Origin: Raillietiella orientalis
Lineage: Eukaryota
DNA length: 64,000 bases
Direction: 5' to 3'
Assembly: GCA_036172245.1 (NCBI GenBank)
Contig: JAYWIR010000029.1
Span: forward strand, 2,604,001-2,668,000
Shown here piece by piece: positions 12,701 through 25,200 of the stretch (within the stretch, counting starts at the first letter, position 1; every line of letters starts with the position of its first letter). The translations under genes and the position numbers were made by a program. The notes below the pieces were generated by a model, which worked only from the letters and a program-made list of their open reading frames with translations, searched no databases and was not told the DNA's origin.

Positions 12701-14719
12701 AGCTTCTTCACTGTTTTCCAGTTTGTTGATTACGTCACCAATGAAGGATTGGCAATACGGGTCTTTGGCAAACATTCCAAAAAGCCAAGCGTCCTCCAGA
12801 GGCAGTGGCAAATAAAAGAACGCACTTTCTCTGCAAGAGAAGGAACGATAAGGTACAGCCCACCTTTTGAGAAACTGCTAATCCAAACCATGTCGAACGT
12901 GAACCAGGAGCAACAGTGACCCCGGTTTATTAAAGGTGGACAATTTGAACGAATTGGGGAATGCAGGCACCGCCATGAAGCATCACCTCCTGCGGAGAAC
13001 ATTCGCAAATCTACATAACCAGCTGGTGAGTTGGACCTCCGTGGCCGCCTCGGCTATAATCCCAAGGGCTTTCCCGGAAGAATAACTTGGTCGCGCTGAT
13101 CAGGGTCGCCGAAGAATACGGAAAGGAGTCGATACCAATACACTTTCTGAGCGAGGTTATGAGATCTCCTGACCCTGAACTCTTGCAGTATTACGCCGAG
13201 ATGCTGGTCTCAGGTACCTGAACTCCATTTCTTCACCTCGAAAAACACCTTCCGCTGCACGTATTCGCCCCACTGACCGGTCGAGCTCCAGCTCGTCGCT
13301 CGACCCACCCTCCCTCACAACTCCGCTCGTCGTGTAGACGAACTGCTGACTTCTTTGTGCCCGCATGAGTGCTGCACGCTCATCACCAAAGCCTGCGAAA
13401 AGACCCCGTGAGAGCTGCGTTGTTCTCGCGATCTCTGCGACAGCCGCGTGACCGTCTCGACACAACCGCTTGCTGCCCGATGGACAGTTTTCAGAGGAAA
13501 TCTCTCAGTTCTCGATAACAGGACAGCTTCCCATACAGATGAAAAGCGGCGAGGATGGGAATGCAGAAAATCATGCAATCTTGCAGGGGAGGGGAATCTC
13601 CGAGTCCTGTTTATCGCCTCGCGCTGTCTTGCGATTCTTCGTGCTTTGCAGAGTAGCGGAATTTTCTTTCGTTTACATATGGACTTTTCAAGGTCACGAA
13701 ACTTTTGTGTTTTTCTCCTGCTCCTACTGGTTCGTGATCATCAGCTTCTCTTGTCCCTAAGCGTCGGGAAAAAAAGGTCACACTTCTTGTTGTTTTCCTA
13801 CTTTTTTTTTTTTTTCCTGTAGGAAAAAAAAAAAAAAATCTGTTTTGCCTCACTCGAAAGCTCTCTCGCATACCTGATGATGCATCTTGCTGCTGCGACA
13901 AAGGAGCACTGGCTGAGGGCGTTCGCTGACTTGGCGAGATTCCGTTTTTGCTCCAGGCGGGGCTCGGCTTGTGGCTAGAGTGGCAGGCCTGTTCTCTGAG
14001 CAAGCAGCCACTCGGACAGAGCCTCACGACCTGGGAGATCTGCTGTGTCATCCAGCAGAAAAAGGGGGAATCGGAGAGATGCTCCAACGCTCAGCCCGCG
14101 TCCCGCAATGAGGCGATGCTTCCCCATATCCACACGAGTTCTTGAAGATCAAGGACGATGCACGCACGTGGCCAGGGCTGTCTTCCTCGAAAGTTCCCCC
14201 TCCCTTCCGGAGCACACGTGCGCGTATAAGTTAACAACTCAGACCAACGGAACCGGTGAGAGAACGCGTGGCTGTGCCTCTGGTCCAGAGACACGGGCAA
14301 CCACTATCCCCCGGTGAGCCCCAAGCGAGATGTGGAGCAGTACAAAGATCGAATTATCCTCTGCCTCCCATCTACGAACATGTGCGAACTCACGCGAAGA
14401 GTCAGCAAGCATCCAGCTTTTTCTTTTTTTGCTTTTTTCTTTCTTTATTTCCTTTTCTATTCTAAGGAAGTTAAAGCCCGAGAAGTTCGACACTGGCCCC
14501 ACTGTTGGGCATCTTCAGCAACCCGAGATGTACCCAGAGGATACTGTACTTTTCCTTAAGGAAGCTGCATAAACTCTGGGAACTACAGAAGAAATTAGAA
14601 AGTGTCGAGGCCTCCCATTAGATGTGCCTTTCTTTCTTTTGTTTCCGTTGTTAAAAACCACAGTTCGTGAGGTTGAGATCAATACATGCCAATGCATGAC
14701 TTCAACCTCATTGTCAATG

Positions 14720-15560
14720 CAGTGAGGATGGAAATCCTTCGGGGTTCTTTTGTTTCCGCTGCTCTCCTTCCAATTCTCTTTTTTTTTCGGTTCTGCAAGA
14801 GCTGAAGAACCGCTCGCCTCCTTAGGAGGAGTCACGAAACCCTTTAGCGCTGCCCCTCCACCCGAGGGTACGTGCCACTCTTCAAGTTAGGGGAGGGGAC
14901 CATCCCATGAATCCAGGAAGGGCTCCGGAGGGAGGAGTCCGTTCCTCTCTTACGCCTGGGAGGGAGCCCCGAGGGGATCCTCCTCTCTATTCTCCCTATA
15001 GGGACCCCCTGGAGAGGGTCACCCCTCGTTTCTTCTCCGGAAGTAACCCGGAAAGCATTTGCTCTTCCTGAATTTTTTCTCCGGAGGGAACCTGCAAGGG
15101 AACCTCTCCTGGCTTTCTCTTCTGGAGAGATTCCCAAAGGAACACTCCCAAATTCCTCCGAAGGGAGCTCCCCAAAGGGAGCAGAGTGCTTGTGACACTC
15201 TGGAGAGACAACCCACCGGCAGGGGCATCAGCCAGTTTCATGGTACGCGATGGAGGATCGCCCTGAGGGGAGGACGGCTCCATTTTCATAATCGAAAGGG
15301 AACCCCGAAGGGAACCGGCTCCTTGATTCATAGAGAGCTTTCCGATCCTGGCCAGTTGACGGAGACATCCGTGAGTTTCCGGCTTCCTCAGAGCCACCGC
15401 AACTGGAATCCGTGGTCCAACCAACGTTCATCCTGCGGGGAGAACTCGAAACCCATGCCGTAAACACTTCTCGGCGTCGATCCTCCACTTGGGGACTCGA
15501 ACCCGCAACGTTTGGCGTCCCGCAACGCGAAGAATCGTGGCCACGCAGCCACCAGCGCTG
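14720..15560 (-). mobile_element. tRNA-headed SINE-like element, copy B
   Basis: Minus strand has A-box-like TGGCTGCGTGG and a canonical B box GGTTCGAGTCC (15493-15503). It continues with the same core (TGGGTTTCGAGTTCTCCCCGCAGGATGAACGTTGGTTGGACC), hairpin-array body and GAAGGATTTCCATC tail as copy A. Confidence 0.8.
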
Positions 15561-17769
15561 CCCTGTTTTCACGTGGCATTGACCAGCGTCGCGAAAAAAA
15601 AACAAGGGGGGGGGGGAGAGGAGCCAGTAGCAGCTGCGCGTCGCTCGGCTCTTCACGAGCAGCAGCAGTCGTTTGCGACCGAACGACCTGAAGTCTTTTC
15701 CGTCTCCTTAAGGAATTTCTAGGCCTTGGTTGAAAAGGTGTTGAGGAATCTCCTCCACCTAGACAAAAGAGCCGTTTCTCACATCGTGAGTCTTGCTATA
15801 CGTGGCCTCACATTTTTTTCGGGAGCCCATTTTGTTGTTGTTAGGAGGGAGGGACTTTTACGAGACCTGTGGTTGTGAACGCTACCTGACACGAAACGGT
15901 GACTGAGACATTCGTGCAGAGCTGAGAAAGAAAGAAGAGAACAATCGACAAGACTTCCATCCTGAAAAAAATGTGTGATCCCCATCTGTCATTGATGCTG
16001 AGCAAGGAGCACAGCTGATCGTCTCATGAACAGCAGCACCTCTGGATCTGCGAAAAAAAGGCGAAGTCTTCACGTGATCTCCTTGTTGTGATTTAACGAT
16101 ACGATACAGAGCTGTTTGGGTAGCAGAGTTTCCCGTGAAGGTTCACGCTACTTTGGCCAGCCTTCCACCGTTCCACAATGTCCAGCAAACGCTATGAAGG
16201 TTCTTTACGGTGGTGCCAAATTTCCTCTGCCTCCCATCTAAAACTCTGAGGCGACTGGAACCGTAGGCGCTTGTCCATCCAAATGCAGCTTGCTAATGCC
16301 GTGTTGCAGAACATGGGCGTGGCCTGCCCCGATCCCGACGATCTTGCTCGTGCATTTTTGTTCCTGTCCGTTTTCCACTCAAAATCCATAATCGTAGTGG
16401 TAACCCGCAGCCCAGGAGCATTCCTTGGAGGCCTCGTGAAGAGGCCCTTCCCTTCCTCAAGAGTGGATATGTAGGGAGCACTGCGATGGGTCGAGTTTGC
16501 TCATGGATGTAGCGAGGAGCGTTCTCCTGCCTGGGATGGTGGTTTCTACGTTTTTGGAAAGTTGCATCTTCCCTAATTTTCCCTCTGGTTCATCGATCCG
16601 TACCATTCCTCGTGGACTGGATCGTGGTGTCTATGAAAACTCCTTCGTCTCCATCTACCACCGATGCAAAGTCGCAGACTATCGGCTTAGGCAGATTTTA
16701 ACCACGTGTTGAATCAGCCTGTAGTTGATGTAGTGGCAGCTCCGGGTCACCTTGAAGCCGTCACTATTTCCAGACTCGAGAGCGCTCTTTTAAGCCTTTG
16801 GCTGCCTTGTAAATCCTTAAGTGACTTCGAACCCTCTGCAAGCCTCTGGAATCTGCCGGAATCATTCCGTGATAATGGAGACGAAACAGTGGAATGCAAA
16901 TGGGGCATTTCTTATTCTGATATACAACACTTACAGTGAACCCAACGGAGCCTAGAAAGGTACTTCTATATGTACTGCTCAGGCTAGAAGACTACATGAT
17001 AAAAGTGAAGTCGAGAACTCTTCCTTTTTGCTTTTGTTCCGCCGAAAAAAAAAGGAAAAAACAAGAAATATGGAATGACAGTCTTGAGCAATAATTTCTC
17101 TTCAAGAACATTCAAATTTTTTTTTTTTTTGCATATTTTTTTTCGCCGGAAACTTTAGCCCTGTATTTCCCTTTCTGGTTTTTTTTTTTTCCTATTTCCA
17201 ACTTGCATTGTATTTTTGGAGGGGTCTCATGCTGTTCATACTGGGGAGAGCCGATATTCCCGAGGAAAATTCTTTGGTGGGAAGCAACACTCAGTGATCC
17301 CACCTAGTGGGGTGAACAGGCCGAGTGGATGCTTTCCTCGTGGTAAAATTCGGAAGCGTTGCCAGAGATGACTGAGGTCTCTTCTAGTGAAAAATCCCAC
17401 AGCACAACAACTCTTGGGTCCTTCTAATTCACCAAAACTTTACTCCGTTATCGCCACATTTAACAAATAGAGAGAAAGGGAAAAAAAGAGTTCTTTACGT
17501 ATGCATTCACAAAGGAATTTGTTTTCTGACGGAGTGTATATATATTTATGTTTTTTTTTTTTACGTATAACGGAAACGACAATCGAGATTGAGTGCACAA
17601 TTCTTTGTGCTGTGTAGGCGTTTTCTGTGTCCGAACGAAAATCGAATTGGTGCACTGTCACTTTTGATATTTCCTTTTTTTCCTTCCTTTCCTTTGCCTT
17701 AGATATCTTTGTTCATTCGGAACCGGTTATATGCCTTGAATCAGAAAACCTCAGTTGCTGGAAAAGGCT

Positions 17770-18609
17770 CCATCCCAGAGAACGCCACGAGCGTTTCTAG
17801 AAAATTCCTGACCGTCTTGCGTTCGGTTGAAGAGAACCATCACGTGCGACCTACTACTTCGTCCTTACCGTGCACCTCTTTGTCACACAGAGAGAAAAAC
17901 ACGCGCCGAAGGTGGCCAAGCAGAGGGTCCTGCGGCTGTGGGACACGGCAGAGTAGATGAGGCAGGCCGAGGAACCGCTGGAGATGCGAGGTCGGGGCCG
18001 AGTCAAGGGTTCTGCAGGCTCTTGAAGACATGGACAGGAAGGACAAGGAGGAGTACGACGCGCTGGTGGGCCGGCACCAGGAAGACAAGTCCAAGGAGGA
18101 TAGCCTGAATAAGGAGCTGCAAAGTCTTCTGGAGAGGAAGGAGGACCTGAAGGCACAAGTGCGCAGGGGGGAAGCCGCCATGGAGACGTTCCTCAAGGAG
18201 GAGGTGGACAGGCGGACCGAGAGTCTTAGCAGACTGGATGTCTCCAAGGTTCCGCAACGAATTCGAGGTGATACTGCGGTGGAAGGACAGAAACAACGCT
18301 CTGGGGGAGCAGATCCAGATGAACATGGCAACTCTGAATTTGATTGCCGACAGCGCTTGTGCTGCGGCCACGCTCACGACTGCCGTGGAGTTTTGCATGG
18401 ACATGCCGGTCGCGGCGTGTATCTCTTCTCTGACTCTGCAGATGAACAGCAGGATAATCGCACACCACCTTCAGCAGCACGTGCTGGGACCCCTGCACCC
18501 ACCTGAACGCGTATGGGTCGAGGCTGCAGAAATCAAGCAGAAGATCCTAGGATTCTCGCTACTCTCTCGGCCATCTCCGGAGCTAGCGAGGGAGAAAATA
18601 ATGGAGTGA
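17770..18609 (+). pseudogene. Disrupted coiled-coil coding sequence, possibly a TRIM-like (B-box + coiled-coil) pseudogene
   Basis: Coding-like GC3-rich stretch ESRVLQALEDMDRKDKEEYDALV...KELQSLLERKEDLKAQVRRGEAAMETFLKEEVDRRTESL, continuing after an apparent 1-nt frameshift as FRNEFEVILRWKDRNNALGEQIQ. Upstream there is a TAG and another frame change, and TCDLLLRPYRAPLCH, where two CGT codons are one base from Cys (B-box spacing). Confidence 0.4.
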
Positions 18610-21600
18610 ACGGGTCCATGGATGGAAAAAAAAATAAACATTTCAGGGATGCCAAACTGTAGAAAACATCTAAGAAAGCGACTCATAACACGGCACCACG
18701 AGCTATCGAAAGTGACGTGGCTAGACGAGCCGGCGGTGGATGCTGCTTGCTCAGACACGAGCTCAAGGTCATCGATAATCTCGTGGATCGGTGAACCTTT
18801 GTTTTCCAGCTGCACACAAAAAAAAAAGATGTCTCTTTTAACCAGTATCTTTGACGGAACTGGAAAAGCCTCATTTCCATAAGCTTCGTGCACTTTGTGG
18901 GGAGACTGCAAGTACGAGAACAGTTGATCCTTCTGAAATGCAGCAGCGTGCATCCTTCGGGGCACGCGACAGCGCGCGATCATGTGAAATATGCATCACA
19001 AGGATTGGATTGGTTTCAAGTCCGCTCGCGGCAAGCATCGGGGTGCGTGGGACGACTCATTGAAGTCTTTGTGCGAAGAGCTGGAGGTCGCTGAACAGAC
19101 CAGCATACGCGCTGGATTTCAACGCTTGCTTCGTCCCACAGAGGATCCGAGGGTGAATCCGTGACCGCTCACCATGAGCTGCACTTGACCAGGAACAGTG
19201 ATGGCAGCAAACTTCAGGAGGACGAAAATGTTTTCAGGAAAGGGAAGGATCCCTCAGAAGACTGATCACCACAGCATCACCCTTAAGAATGTAACAGCTG
19301 TGGGGCCTGTCGAGGAGTAACGGAGGAACGTCCTTGATTCACCTGGATTGTGAATCTGGATACCCGTTAGGATGAACAGGCGGCGTTGGCAGAGTTGCAC
19401 CAAGGGGTTTCCACCTTCTTGGAAACTCCGAAGGGAAAGCATAGCCGGGTTTCATCAAGAGATTGGAAAACGTCTGCTCCTCCGTGGCCTTTCCCCCTAT
19501 GCCGAACTTCCCACAGGAGCACTTTTGAAGTGCTCCGGAGGGAAGCTCTTGGCAATTCCATTCCATTGAACTCCCAAGGTCAATCAGAGGCGCCATTACA
19601 CGGTGCGAACCCAACCAGACTGGAACTTGAATTCTCATCCGTGGAGTCTTTGCTATCCGGGTTCTTGAGTGGATGTTTTGTCAAGCGGCAAGAATTCACA
19701 AATCTGCCTGGTGATGCCGACCAGAAGCTCGCCGGTATGGTGAGAAGTTGTCTCAAGAGCATGAGCAAAGAGCACTCTAGATACGTACACATCCTCAAGG
19801 CGTTTCCTCGTGGCTTTCCTTCACTGTTGTAGGCCCCTTTGCTCAGGTCAAGTGAGCGCCACACGACGTTCTGTTCTTCAACCGGGAACGCACTTTCGCT
19901 GTCTGGTCAGCTGCGGCGCTCACCTTTCTGACATCACTGCTCTCTCAATAAACACCCTTTAGGGATGAAAGTTTTCTCGAGTGCCGAACCATCATAATAA
20001 AACTTCCATTTTATTCTTTCAGAAGAGGAGCTCAAAAAGTAAACCACTGCAGGTGCCATGGACGAACCTTCCTGGACGCCAAGCTTCTAAAAAAGGGAGA
20101 CATACCTGTTTAGAAGTCACGTGCAATCTACCTTGACTCTCTGGGAAATGGAATGACAGGACCATGAGGCCTCTCTGACCGTGTCTTCATGGAAGAGAAT
20201 AAAACCTCCTCATCGGGAAGGCTTTGCCAAGTTTTCCTCTCTGCTTCCTTACCCTCCAGGATTTTTCAGGAGAGGCCGTTCTCCCAACTGTCGTGCAATC
20301 ACGTGGTGTCTTTTAAGTTCCGTTCTTTGTAGTCTTTCGGTGAACCCCCTGTCTTCAGCGTGAGCAAATTTTCGGCTAAGACTTCAGTGAATTTCCCTCA
20401 GGTGCCATGTTCCTAGCTCCTCAATCCGGGGAACTCTAGGTTCTTTGCGTGACATCTTACTGTATTCTGTCGTCTACGTTGAAAGCATGCGACAGTTTTG
20501 CTCCGGAGCCCCAGGCCAGCAGCTTGCCATCACTAGCTCCGAAAGCACAGACACCGTCACTGGGCTTTGGGGTTGAAACAAAAACAAGACAGGCACAAGA
20601 GCTCCTGCCTCGCCCTTTGCAAGAAAGCACTGATATCGTGTTTGCAGGCTATCCTAGGAGCTATCCTTGGAGCAGCACCCAACGGCTCTTGTACCTACTA
20701 CATCAAAGATGCAAGCAATTCATTCTCAATCGAAATTTTTACTGTGCATAATCAAGCAGCACCGGACGTTCTTCGAAATGCCCCGATGAGCTTGTGAAAT
20801 GCCTTCATTCCAGTGTCGCAATACAGGATTCTCCAGCTCTCATCTATTTACTGGCAGTTAGCTCCACCTCTCGTTTCTCTTTTGCTGCTCACCTTCAGGC
20901 AACTCGATCCGTGACTCGCTGGTGGGTGCTACATCCAATTGCTTCTAAATGAGAAAATTTTATCATTAGATATTATTCAGTTAATTTGGTTTTTACTTTT
21001 AGGCTTTCGTCTAAAACCAGTGTGGCACTGCTATAGGATCGGACGGTTCGGTATTTTATGAATACATTGGAATTGATTTTTTTTGTAGTCATTGCTTATA
21101 GTTGCTTGTATTTTTGAATTTTTTTTTTTAAAGATAGTCTTATAGTAATGACTGTTGTTGGTAATGATTTAGATGAAGAGGGACCAATTTAGAGTTGGGG
21201 TCACAAGTCGGCTTATTTGGTTTTTCTTTTATTCTAGCATTTCGATTTTTTGTTGCATATGTTAAATATTGCTATCAATGGTATTTCTTTTACTGCTAAA
21301 ACGAGGTTAATTCTAAAGTGTTGCAGATGCATTTGTTTGCAGAGCAACTAATAAGATTCCTAGATGATTACTTCTAATTCTTTCCCGACTATCAATCCCG
21401 ATAATTCTTGCGATACATTAATTTTACTGTTTCTTTGTGCTGATACTTATATTTTCACTATTCAAGCAGGTAAAGTCAAACACAGTATGTATCAAGATCA
21501 CACCAAGACTACTAAAGTAGAAATTTTAGTGAAGGATTTTAGAAGTGGCAGGCATTATTGTGCTAATTAGATAGAGTATTTTTTTCGTTGCTTTCTTTTC

Positions 21601-22089
21601 AGATTCATGTGGTGCGTCTCATGAAAGATTTCAGATACCAAGGTACGGGTTCTCTGGTAGACTCATAATTGAGCCGGTCTAAATATGCACTTAGATCCAG
21701 AATCTATATTTTAATACAGTCGTTCTTTGAATCATGAGTGCCCTTGGAAAGAAAACAAGTAGTGGATTTGACATTATGTTGAAACCGGAGCTAGTTGTGA
21801 AATTAGGACCCGGATGCCTAGTCCCTCAACACTGCATGTCTTCCTTGACGATGTTTACCAGCTCGTATCATCATTTTTATCCAAATCACAGAAACATTTT
21901 ATTATTGTGCCAGACTGAAAGAATTTCTTTCAATGATAATTTTAGTAAATCCAGCAGAAAGCTAAAAAAAAAAAAAATACAATTCCTTGTAAAACTGGAA
22001 GAAATTTTAAATTTTTTAAGTATGTTGATATTAGGGATTTATAATGGGATAATTGCTCGATAAAACATGCCTCGAATAATGAGGAAGTA

Positions 22090-22240
22090 TACGTTTAGTA
22101 TAGTATATATATATATATAGTATATAATATATAATAGTATGGTACAATAATAGTATAGTATATATACATACTATATTATATATAATAGCATGGTATGATA
22201 ATAGTATAGGATAGTATATATACATATAGTATGAAAGTAT
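22090..22240. repeat. TA-rich low-complexity tandem repeat (two ~50-bp units)
   Basis: ATATAATAG[T/C]ATGGTA..ATAATAGTATAG...TATATATACATA occurs twice in tandem. Confidence 0.7.
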
Positions 22241-25200
22241 AAGCAAAAGAAAAGAGGAACACTTTCGAAAGTATGAATCAGTATCAAATCATTTTGGAAG
22301 AGATTAGATCTTTAAACTGAATCATCAAGTGATCAATTAAAATTGAGTCACCGACCTAAATCATTAATTTGGTAAAAACACATTTGAAAGTGTCTTTTCA
22401 AGTGTGTAGAAGTTTGTTTGTTTTTTGATTTAACGAAAAAGCACACATGCCAATGCTGACGATTATGTGTGTGGGCACTGGCAGTGCTTCGTGTTTGCCC
22501 TGTTTTTATATCTGTAATCAAATACGGTCTGTAGGTACTTCTACGTCATGAAATTCGTAAGCAGATTTTCCAATATTTAGAATTTGCACACCCCCATGAA
22601 TGCTCGTAGTCAGGTCTCGACCTTTTTGTACGTTTAAAATGAGTGCACACATAAGGGGGAAACCGTCGATTCACCCCAAATTCCGCGGACCGTAGGATAT
22701 CGTATATACGTAATACTTAAGTATTTAATACATCCTATTGAATTGAATTTGCTACATCTGATTGAATGTTTAGGTGCCTCATTCGTGTGTGTATATCAAG
22801 TGTGCTGATTGGTTTGCCAGCTAGGTAGTTATCTTAATAATATCATTCTAATGAACGTGTATGCCGTGTATACGATAAGGCTATGATGTCTTAATTTGTC
22901 AATCGTAGAGATGTCATTTCTGTGCGCAGTTCCTAGAAAATAATGAGCCCCTTTTTTTTTAAAAAGACCAAATTAGTGCATCGACGTTGTTGTTTCCATT
23001 TGCCCTTCTTACGTTTTAACATGTAAGCTCTTCCACAGTTCTCATGTCACAATCATATTTAGTTCAGTGGGTGATTGTGGAGCGTAGGAAATTACATTAT
23101 CGAAGTGCTTGCACAAAAAAAAAATCAAAATTATTAATTACAGTGCACCTGAGTGTGCATGTTTGTTAAAGAACTGAATGTTGCCATAGACTGTTTCAAA
23201 GTGTACAATAAATACCACCAATGCTGATTTGTTGGAAATATTAATCATTTAAAAGATTTATCTAATTTAGGAGGAATTTCATAATTCAAGAACAGTGAGA
23301 CTCGAAAACTGAATAAGTGGGAACAAAGCCCTGCGATGTTTGATGTGTAATAAGAGCTCATATACTTTTAGATTTCTGAGCAGATGTTATCATCAGATCA
23401 ATGTCAGGAAAGAATGGTAATTTATTGCATAATTACTTTGCATCATGATAAAAATCCAAAAATCATTGGAAACGAGTGTGTTGTTTAGGCAATAGGAACT
23501 GATAATAGAGTGTTTAATTGCTTGAATTAACCACAATAAGTGAAGTTCATATCTTTTTGTGTCTTGGCATGAATTTTATGGCATCTCATGAACATGTTTC
23601 TGTAATGAATAGTGCCATTTTTTGGTATGATTTGCAATCAACTTTATGTACTAAGTGTGATTGTTGTTTATTTACTTAGAATTAAGCATTTTCTATGGGA
23701 AAAGTATGATTTATTCAAATGAACAAAGTTGTGCAACACTCCTTCATTTGTAGCCAGATTTGATGGAAATTTCATTTGATCTTTCAGTAATCATTCCTTG
23801 AAATTCGTGGTAAGAAAATAAATGATCCTAATGGTGAAACATATTCAGTTTTTTTTGTCATATTTCTGATGATTTTTACCCTTACTTACTGAATCCTGTA
23901 CTGTATGCATGTCAGAAAATCATTGTGTTTCATGCACAGTTGTTCAGCCAGGATCTGATCTTTGTTGCAAGCCTTCACACAGCATGATAAATCTGGTTTC
24001 TTCTGATGAGTAATAGTTGTAAGGGTATAAGTAATTTTAATTTGAAAAAGGCAAAGCTCAGTATATGGTAATATAAATGAGTTTATCCTGATGAGGAAGA
24101 CTTTCTCCTTTTTAGACTGCTCACTTGAGCAATAAATTTCGGATGCATTTTCACAAGTGTGGAAATGAGACTGAAGCCAGTTTCTTTAGATGATCAGCCA
24201 TTTTGTTCAGATTATTCAAATCTCCCTGGTTCGATGGTTACCTTCCTTTGTTTAGATGTGTTCAGCCTATGATGCACATATATTCAGATTGTTCTCAGAA
24301 ATGGTTTCTAATTTTGGAGTGTGTGACAATTAAGTCCATGAAAGGTGAAGGAGTTAATTCATTGAGAATTGCCTTTCATCTGCGAATCCCAGTTTTGGCG
24401 TGGTGAAAATGTTGCTGGAAAATAAGGGGATTCGTAACAGGATACATAGGTGACAGATGTGTGTGTGAACCTTGAATAGTAAAGGATTGTGCATGTTCCC
24501 AAGGCAGTAAGTCTCATAAGTAGAAAATGAAATGCCAACTTATGATCTCGTGGCAGAACTTTTGCTGGTGGATGGGTATTGTCTGTAATGTGCCATGACA
24601 CTGATGGGCATAAAAGTCGAAAATTATTTTAAATACGCCCATTTTGGGCAACAGAAGGAAGCCCTAGAACGGACGTACTTGGTTTCGTGCCGTAAGGAAA
24701 AATGGAAGGCCTTTTCGGTGTTCTCCTTCATGGTGTTGGTGTCAGTTTTGGAGTTATCCAAGCGGATTTTTGGCTGCACAAGTTGGTACAGTTGTTGTAT
24801 AAGTCGATTTGTTGTTGTACTATGTGCGTGCCTCAGGGGTTGCGGAAATGATCGTGTGTTTGAGTCGTGACTCTTGGAGAGTGACAAGTTATTTTCGTGT
24901 ACAAAATTATGCCCTTATGCAACACTTTGATGATTTCAGTATGGTACGTGCTCGTTTTTTTCGAACTCACTTTGTGCATTCGTGACATAGAAATTCTCAT
25001 GTTGTGTATTTTTGCGTACGAAGTAAACGTCTGTGCGAACGTCATTCGCAGTCCTCATAAAAGTGTAACGTTTGGTCATCCCTGTTCATCCTTCAGCCGA
25101 GGTGCGTTGTTCTGATTACAGCATTTCAGCTGGTGTATACCTTATATATATATTTGTAAGCAAACTGTCATGTTCAAGGAACTTTTCCTTTTCATGTACT

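Noticed and set aside
14795..14880. CTGAAGA...CGAAAC resembling a hammerhead ribozyme core
   Set aside because: The stem II closing pair and stem I do not pair, and it is antisense to the SINE tail. Other CTGA[T/A]GA sites I checked also lacked the fold.
15480..15560. Possible genuine tRNA gene
   Set aside because: The A/B boxes are present but I could not fold a full cloverleaf, and the sequence is fused to the repeat body.
20950..21550. T-rich stretch resembling a mitochondrial insertion
   Set aside because: I could not read any mitochondrial protein, rRNA or tRNA motif.
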